IMG/VR virus record: IMGVR_UViG_3300036770_005754
Location: 103,472-167,471 of that record
Source: a virus
Strand: one strand, 5' to 3'
DNA length: 64,000 nt
Shown here one piece after another: positions 57,523-64,000 of the stretch (position 1 is the first letter of the stretch; every line of letters begins with the position of its first letter). Under the pieces are notes generated by a model. It searched no databases. It was not told the origin of the DNA and saw only the letters and a list, made by a program, of their open reading frames with translations. The translations under genes and the position numbers were made by a program.

Positions 57523-57759
57523 ATGCCACGATACAGAGTCAGCGGAACAGTAATCAGCGGAGCAATAATTGCTTCAAAATATCTTGGAGAATTTGAGGTT
57601 GGCACCGAGGAGGAGGCCATCGAAATGGCACTTAGCAGTGAAAATGCTTACTTAAGGCACGCTAGAATATTGATAGCACAGACGGATTTTTGTGACTGCT
57701 GCGGAATTCATGATGCGAGTGCGGAACTGATTGAGGAATCTATCGAGCAGCCTCAGTAG
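57523..57759 (+). CDS. Small acidic Cys-motif protein, tandem copy 2
   Basis: MPRYRVSGTVISGAIIASKYLGEFEV...CDCC, after GGAG. Confidence 0.75.
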   Translation: MPRYRVSGTVISGAIIASKYLGEFEVGTEEEAIEMALSSENAYLRHARILIAQTDFCDCCGIHDASAELIEESIEQPQ

Positions 57760-57828
57760 CTCGAGCAATCACATTGAGTCTCAGAGCGAGTAGCTCAAAC
57801 CGGTAATCCCCTTGGTACAGGCAAAGGA

Positions 57829-58128
57829 ATGACGACATTGGCTCAGCAAAAGCAGACGGTGATTGCATTTGTCAAGCATTTTGGGTGTATTCAATATGGT
57901 GTATATCACGCACAATATCTTGGCGGCTACGTTTTGCGATGTAATGGGAGATACGTGGAGCAGGAGTATGACAATGTAGGCGATGATCTAGATGGGTGGT
58001 CAATTACCGAGATTCCATCAGAATCCAATGTGATTATGGTATGGGAGGGCGAGTGCGAAAACGAGTGGTGTGGTAAATGGCGACAGCCTACCGCTGATGA
58101 GTTGCAATCGCTAACAGAGGAGCCATAG
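57829..58128 (+). CDS. Hypothetical protein
   Basis: 99-aa ORF with a Trp-rich C-terminus. Confidence 0.6.
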   Translation: MTTLAQQKQTVIAFVKHFGCIQYGVYHAQYLGGYVLRCNGRYVEQEYDNVGDDLDGWSITEIPSESNVIMVWEGECENEWCGKWRQPTADELQSLTEEP

Positions 58129-58254
58129 CAATGACCTTTCGGACACATCGCCGCTGGTCAGCCCTACGACGCACATGTGACTAAATGGAAATTAGAACCA
58201 CCATGGCTCTTCAAGACTATTTCACCATCTACATCCTATTTCGGGTAATAATAA

Positions 58255-59967
58255 ATGTTTTTCAATTTAGAAGCAATCAAACATCACTTTCCTAAAGAAG
58301 AATTTCGAGAAGGTCAACTAGAAGCCATAGAATTCGCTCTCAATGCATTCAACTCTGGGAAAAAGATCGTAATCCTAGAATGCCCGACAGGTAGTGGTAA
58401 ATCAGCAATCGGCATGACCGTTGCGAATATGGTCAAAACATCATATTATCTGACTATCACCAAAATACTACAGGACCAACTTGTCGACGATTTCGGAGAC
58501 AAAATCGTCGAACTCAAAGGCAGAAACTCATACCCATGCACATTTTACGACAGGCATGGTCAAAAATTGGTCGATAGAAAATTGTGGTCAAGAGATGAAC
58601 TCGAAAGAATGCGTATAGAAAACGCAAATTGCACAAATGGATTTTGCAGAACAAAATGGAATCAACATGGTAAATTCAAATGCGATAAATGCTTCTTGAA
58701 AACGGGCGTTGATGGGAAATCGAAAGGAGATCTTGACACACTACCAATAGGTATGACATATAGCGCATGCCCATATTATGAACAAGTCTACAAAGCAGTT
58801 AAAGCCAGCAAAGTGGTTATGAACTTCTCTAGCTTTCTATTCCAAACCCAGATGACAAAGAGATTCGAAGACCCCAGAGACCTGATGATCATAGATGAAT
58901 GTCATAATATTGAACCACAATTATTAGATTTCATATCTTTCTCGATCTCTGACCAATATTTAAAAGACCATGGGGTATTGATACCTAATTTAGGTTGTGC
59001 TAGGGAATATAAGCGATGGATGAAAGAAAATAAAGTAGTTGAAATCCTGTTCAATACTATCAAAGAAGCTAAAGAAAATGGGAATGCTAGAACCGAGGAC
59101 GAACTTACCAAAACTCTGAAAAGATACCAAATGTTTTCAGAGAACGTCGATCTAGCCGATTCAGAATGGATATCAGAATACGAACTCAAAAACAACAAAG
59201 GAAACCATTATAATAGGGTGACCTTTAAACCAGTAATGGTTAAACAATTCGTTAATAATCTGTTGTTCAAGCATGCTCCAATGATCCTAATGATGAGTGC
59301 TACCGTCCTCGATGTTAATGTTATGTGTAGATCACTAGGTATCGACAGAGAACACGTCGCAGCATATAGAGTCAAAAACAGATTCCCAAAAAAGAATCGT
59401 CCGATATACATAAAGCCAGTAGCCAAGATGACAGGAGGAGCATCTAAAATGGGCGAATGGGCCCCGTTATTGATCAAAGAGGTAGACAGATTAGTCGACA
59501 AACATAGCGGTGTTAAAGGTATCATTCATACTCATAACTTCGCCATCATGGACCAACTATTGAATAAATGTTCAAGAGGTACGAAGAAGAGATTCATCAA
59601 TCAGCGTGATTTTAAAGACAAGAGCCAGATGTTAGAGCATCACGCGAACAGCACAGACACAGTTATAGTCGCACCGGCAATGCACGAAGGCATTAACCTC
59701 ATAGGTGATCTTAGCAGATTCCAAATAATATGTAAGGTCCCATATCCAAATTGTTTCGATGATAAACAACTTGCAAGACGTGTTGAAATAGACCGATCAT
59801 ATTATACATGGTTGACCGCTCTGAAATTAGTACAATCATACGGCAGATCAATAAGAAGCCCAACTGACCATGCTGTTACATATATTTTAGATAAATCCAT
59901 TGAAAGATTCATGTCAGACTCAAGTTCAATGTTGCCAGATTGGTTCAAAGAAGCTATCCAGAGGTGA
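58255..59967 (+). CDS. DinG/Rad3(XPD)-like SF2 helicase
   Basis: R.GQ Q-motif, ECPTGSGKS, LQDQL, KGR.SY.C, ACPY, DECHN, MSAT, EGINL, KVPYP, QSYGRSIR. Confidence 0.92.
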   Translation: MFFNLEAIKHHFPKEEFREGQLEAIEFALNAFNSGKKIVILECPTGSGKSAIGMTVANMVKTSYYLTITKILQDQLVDDFGDKIVELKGRNSYPCTFYDRHGQKLVDRKLWSRDELERMRIENANCTNGFCRTKWNQHGKFKCDKCFLKTGVDGKSKGDLDTLPIGMTYSACPYYEQVYKAVKASKVVMNFSSFLFQTQMTKRFEDPRDLMIIDECHNIEPQLLDFISFSISDQYLKDHGVLIPNLGCAREYKRWMKENKVVEILFNTIKEAKENGNARTEDELTKTLKRYQMFSENVDLADSEWISEYELKNNKGNHYNRVTFKPVMVKQFVNNLLFKHAPMILMMSATVLDVNVMCRSLGIDREHVAAYRVKNRFPKKNRPIYIKPVAKMTGGASKMGEWAPLLIKEVDRLVDKHSGVKGIIHTHNFAIMDQLLNKCSRGTKKRFINQRDFKDKSQMLEHHANSTDTVIVAPAMHEGINLIGDLSRFQIICKVPYPNCFDDKQLARRVEIDRSYYTWLTALKLVQSYGRSIRSPTDHAVTYILDKSIERFMSDSSSMLPDWFKEAIQR

Positions 59968-59970
59968 TCA

Positions 59971-61803
59971 GTGTTAGAGCTAAAATCGATTGAGTGGAAG
60001 AATTTCATGTCGTATGGCGATTACGACAATTACTTAGAACTCGATAATCTTGGACAGTGTTTAATCACTGGGGAAGTCACAGGTGATGAAAAGTCTGCAT
60101 TTGACGAGAGTGGATCATCTGTTATTAAGAAATCCAATGGTGCTGGGAAATCGACGATACCAAACGTGATCCTATGGGCACTTTTTGGCAGGACGATGCA
60201 TTCAGCAAACCCTGGCGACAAAGTAATAAATTGGTTTACTGGTAAAGACTGCGTCGCTAAATTAACATTTAAAAATGGCGATCATATCATAAGAACCAGA
60301 AATGCCGAAGGATTAAATGAGCTATCATTCATTAAGGATGGTGAAGAATTCTCTTCTAGTGTATTGTCGACATCCAAGAACCAACAAGCAGAGCTGAATA
60401 AAGCATTTAATCTCGATTGGGAACTATTATGTGGCTCAATGTTCTTTAATCAATATAGCAAACCATGGATGGAAATGGCTGACCAAACAAGAAAGAAAGC
60501 AATAGAGCGAGTTCTACATGTAGACAGATTTGAATATCGTTCGAAAGTCGCGAAAGCCAAATGTGATAAATTAGACTCAGAAGTTAAAAAATTACGTAAT
60601 AAGATCGAAGAATATAATAGAAATAAATTACGACTGGCCAATGAGATAACAAGAATAACTGAGGCAAGAGACAGATTCGACACCAACAGACAAGAGCGCG
60701 TTGCTACTATTATAGATTCAGCAAATGCTGCTTTAGCCAAACGCGACCTGATAGCATTACCAGACCTTGAAAAACTACAATCCAAATGGGATGTGATATA
60801 TAAAATCAAGAAGAAAATAGAAGACATGCAAACTACGGCGAACACCAGTTCAACCAAAATAGCCACTATAGAGGGAACAATATCATCGATTAGACAGAGA
60901 ATAAAGGCTTGGAAAGATAAGTCGGGCAAATCATGTGGCTTGTGTGAACAATCTGTCCCAGCAACACATACAGCAGCTAAAATAGAGCCACTACAAGCCG
61001 AACTTGACAAGAAATTGGCTGAGATGGCGGAAGAGCGAGACATACTTGATTCGAGCTTAGAGAAGATAAGTTCTGCTAAGAAGTTACTAACAGACAAAAC
61101 GCCAGAATTGACAATATCAAATGCCAGAGATATCTATAAACAATGGGAAATGTACGATAATGAATATAAAAGATTATTGAAATCAGCCGACCGAGTTGCG
61201 GTAGAAACCAACCCTCATGAGGACACTTTGGCTGAAACAATTGAACTAAGCGAAAAGTGCGACGAGGACGTCAAAAAAGCCGAAGGTGAGATAGAGAGGG
61301 TCGAATATCTTAATAGACACTTCAATTATATTTATAAAGCTTGGAATGATAGGACGAAAATTAAGAGTTTCGTTTTCCACGAGCATATACCATATATCAA
61401 CCGTAGGTTAAAACATTATCTTGATGTTTTCGGCCTTGATATCCAAGTTGAACTAACACCGGCTTTGGGCATAACTAGCAATATGTGGGGATATGAATTT
61501 GAATCTGGTGGTGAGCGGAAACGGACCGATGTAGCATTCATGCTGGCTATGTTCAATTTCCATGAACAGATGTACGGTAGGCAGTCTAATGTACTAGTTT
61601 TAGACGAAGTCGACGGGCGATTAGATGACGACGGCATTGACTCCCTTATAAATGTTATAAAGAACGATTTAGCAGATAAGGTGGAGACTGTCATGGTTAT
61701 CTCTCATAGAGACATGATGCATGATACTTTCCCAAGAGAATTGTGCATTAGACGTGCTGGTGATGGCGATTTTCGCGGCTTCTCGAAGATCGAGTTAATT
61801 TGA
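59971..61803 (+). CDS. sbcC: Rad50/SbcC/gp46-like SMC ATPase
   Basis: NFMSYG, SNGAGKST, coiled coil with CGLC zinc hook, SGGE, VLDE, ISH. Confidence 0.95.
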   Translation: MLELKSIEWKNFMSYGDYDNYLELDNLGQCLITGEVTGDEKSAFDESGSSVIKKSNGAGKSTIPNVILWALFGRTMHSANPGDKVINWFTGKDCVAKLTFKNGDHIIRTRNAEGLNELSFIKDGEEFSSSVLSTSKNQQAELNKAFNLDWELLCGSMFFNQYSKPWMEMADQTRKKAIERVLHVDRFEYRSKVAKAKCDKLDSEVKKLRNKIEEYNRNKLRLANEITRITEARDRFDTNRQERVATIIDSANAALAKRDLIALPDLEKLQSKWDVIYKIKKKIEDMQTTANTSSTKIATIEGTISSIRQRIKAWKDKSGKSCGLCEQSVPATHTAAKIEPLQAELDKKLAEMAEERDILDSSLEKISSAKKLLTDKTPELTISNARDIYKQWEMYDNEYKRLLKSADRVAVETNPHEDTLAETIELSEKCDEDVKKAEGEIERVEYLNRHFNYIYKAWNDRTKIKSFVFHEHIPYINRRLKHYLDVFGLDIQVELTPALGITSNMWGYEFESGGERKRTDVAFMLAMFNFHEQMYGRQSNVLVLDEVDGRLDDDGIDSLINVIKNDLADKVETVMVISHRDMMHDTFPRELCIRRAGDGDFRGFSKIELI

Positions 61804-61812
61804 GGAATACCA

Positions 61813-62013
61813 ATGGATTCAGAATCTGTCGCTACGCTTGAGTTACAACAGGATTTGTTGAAATATCGAATTTTATGCGGGAAGCTTCAAGCAACTGTTT
61901 ATCGTTTGGAACGAGAGCGAGATGGGCTTCAAAAAGCCTACGACCTATTACAAATAAAATCTGGGAGGCGAGAAAGAGAATTATTACGGCGATTGTGGAG
62001 ATTACAAAAATAG
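61813..62013 (+). CDS. Small coiled-coil protein
   Basis: 66 aa; GAGGA RBS. Confidence 0.55.
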   Translation: MDSESVATLELQQDLLKYRILCGKLQATVYRLERERDGLQKAYDLLQIKSGRRERELLRRLWRLQK

Positions 62014-62190
62014 CGAAATGTTATATCGAACATCACAACGAGCGATACTTTTTTGCGACGATTCGACGCATAAGTTCGCGGGCAAAATTGCTCCGCTTGA
62101 AGAGATTAACTGGCAATATCCTTCAATTGCCTGTTGTATTCGAAAAATTCGAAGACCAAGAACCGTAGCACCAACCATTGGGTATAATAC

Positions 62191-62394
62191 ATGATTACGC
62201 ATCGTCATATCAAATCTGCTCGCAAGACACGCAACTGCACTCGGTGCGGTCAGCAAATAGACAAAGGACAACCCTGTGATGTGCAAGCACATACGTGGGG
62301 GCAGAAAATTCTGACAGAACATCATTACCACGCTGAATGTTGGGAAGTAGTGATGGCACTCGAGCTTAATAAACAAGATATTCGACCACGATGA
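62191..62394 (+). CDS. Small zinc-finger protein
   Basis: ARK...C..CG..I.KG...H..C. Confidence 0.65.
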   Translation: MITHRHIKSARKTRNCTRCGQQIDKGQPCDVQAHTWGQKILTEHHYHAECWEVVMALELNKQDIRPR

Positions 62395-62430
62395 TTACGA
62401 CCATACATCGCGTTCCTCGGAAACTATGTT

Positions 62431-62655
62431 ATGCCAGTATTCGACCGCACAGGTCAAAAATTCGATGTAAGCGACCGTGTGTGGCTACACAACCGAAAGT
62501 ATGTTGTTATAGCTGTAAACAGTGAATTAAACTTAGTCGAAATACTCGGCACTGATGGCCAGATATGTTGTCTAAACGCAAAGCATTGTGTCGTGATACG
62601 TGAAGAACGACTACAATTAGATCATGGACAGTATAATGATCACAAAATTAGGTAA
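62431..62655 (+). CDS. Small SH3-like hypothetical protein
   Basis: 74-aa ORF. Confidence 0.5.
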   Translation: MPVFDRTGQKFDVSDRVWLHNRKYVVIAVNSELNLVEILGTDGQICCLNAKHCVVIREERLQLDHGQYNDHKIR

Positions 62656-63880
62656 TATACTCAAACCATCCTATGTTAGCTAATATATCAACATTATCAG
62701 AATTAGACAGCATGACAAGGCTAACTGTATCGCTAGTTCCGTTTATGAATTTACCAATCTGATATTTGAAATCTGAAACATTTGCAATGTTGATCGAACC
62801 TTGCTTAGGGACATACCCAGATAATATATCAACCCCACCCGATATAGATGTCGCTAACGTATTGTATTGTACGACATTGTTAGAATGATTATTCCACGAA
62901 TTATTGTCTAACGTGCCATTTACAACCAATTTATACAATGCTATCTGATTTGACAGCACGTCTATGCTCAATGAACTCGGAACGACTATTGAACTGATCT
63001 TTGTAGATGATAATCTCAGTGAGATTATTGGATATGCTACATTTTTGTCAGCTAATTTTTTCGAAGTAGTTCCTAAACCGATATTGAACGATTTCGGTAT
63101 CCCCTCGAACCCTGCTTCTGAAACAACACTGTTGCATATTTGCTTTAACGTATTTGGCATGCTCGTCTGCCCCAGATTCGTTATTTCGGCCCTAAGTGGC
63201 AGACATGCCGTTGTCATGTATGTTCCTGTGATTGGGCTGGATGACTCAGCGGTGTGCTTAAATGTATGACAATGGATATATTTCCCACCAAGTATAAATC
63301 CAATTCTCACATCCCCGACTCCTAGCCATTCGATATCTATCCACAATATTAGTGAATAATTGAATTTACCACTCATGTCTATGCCACTTGGGCCGCTTCC
63401 GTCAAGTTTATCGATGTTCCAGTTAGACCTTTGTACTCTTGTTTCGTTTACGCTACCAGATGTTGATGATCTTAATACAAAATTGATGGTCAATCCATCT
63501 TGTTCTATGAAGACGCCGTTATCAGAGTCGAAGTAACCTATTCGTTGTCGTAAATTGGTTTGTGGCGGCGCTAATGTAAATGTTGATAATATCAATAGCG
63601 ACTTGCCAGGCTGATAAGCCATTATACGTTTTGTCTGTCTTATGACCTGTGATCCTGTTTCGGTCGTAACGTTCATGTTAATTAGACTACTATTTGAGTC
63701 ATGTGATATAGAACCTCCGGCGGCTACTGCTGTGTCCCATTTACCGTTGTCTTGGTATCTAAATTGACTGTCGAATATCGTATACGGTGAGCTGACTCTG
63801 AATCTACCGAATGCGTCAATAGATCCCGGCGGGAATTCTGATATTATTGAATTACGTACGTAGCTCATACTATGTGCCAC
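62648..63880 (-). CDS. Putative virion structural beta-sandwich protein
   Basis: DAFGR.RVS.P.T.FDS, RQT....YQPGKS, WN.DKLDG.GPSG, EWLGVG.VR motifs recognised from large myophage virion proteins. Confidence 0.75.
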   Translation of the reverse strand: MAHSMSYVRNSIISEFPPGSIDAFGRFRVSSPYTIFDSQFRYQDNGKWDTAVAAGGSISHDSNSSLINMNVTTETGSQVIRQTKRIMAYQPGKSLLILSTFTLAPPQTNLRQRIGYFDSDNGVFIEQDGLTINFVLRSSTSGSVNETRVQRSNWNIDKLDGSGPSGIDMSGKFNYSLILWIDIEWLGVGDVRIGFILGGKYIHCHTFKHTAESSSPITGTYMTTACLPLRAEITNLGQTSMPNTLKQICNSVVSEAGFEGIPKSFNIGLGTTSKKLADKNVAYPIISLRLSSTKISSIVVPSSLSIDVLSNQIALYKLVVNGTLDNNSWNNHSNNVVQYNTLATSISGGVDILSGYVPKQGSINIANVSDFKYQIGKFINGTSDTVSLVMLSNSDNVDILANIGWFEYIT

Positions 63881-64000
63881 TCCTCTCCATCGTATATCAT
63901 TGAGAAAGCTTCTCTTGCATAGATCATTTTGTTGCTTTCGCCGTCTACTACGTTTGATATTTTGACTAGTTTATTGTCAGTAGCATTTTTTACTGTACAT

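Noticed and set aside
57750-57810. tRNA-5'-like fragments (GCCTCAGTAGCTC, GCGAGTAGCTCAAACCGGTA)
   Set aside because: No anticodon arm, T arm or matching acceptor strand follows; too short to call.

Overview
This 64 kb window is part of a large contractile-tailed (T4-superfamily-like, probably jumbo) phage genome, and its ORFs read cleanly in the standard genetic code. From left to right it holds: (1) a tandem array of at least three paralogous genes with a conserved N-terminal domain and 26-aa helical repeats with hypervariable positions, one copy interrupted by a 177-bp structured insert; (2) a stand-alone PAS protein beside a holin-like membrane gene; (3) a tail module with gp26/gp51-like baseplate hub genes, three tail-tube paralogs, sheath, gp15-, gp14- and gp13-like neck genes, a LamG protein and three mosaic fibre genes; (4) a degenerate tRNA-like gene; (5) a glycosyltransferase, sulfotransferase and 2OG-oxygenase cluster; (6) replication and recombination genes (resolvase, 5'-3' exonuclease, gp32-like SSB, UvsY-like, short PolA-like, GroES, gp41/DnaB, RecA, SbcD, DinG-like, SbcC). 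The most notable unexplained signals are a ~670-nt highly base-paired non-coding region (54755-55425), the variable-repeat protein array with its structured insert, a small domain shared between a sheath-adjacent protein and the glycosylation cluster, a possible +1 frameshift joining the gp26- and gp51-like ORFs, a recurrent CAAANATA upstream motif, and strong G+T versus A+C strand-skew patches independent of gene direction. All calls come from reading motifs by eye; no database search or folding program was run.
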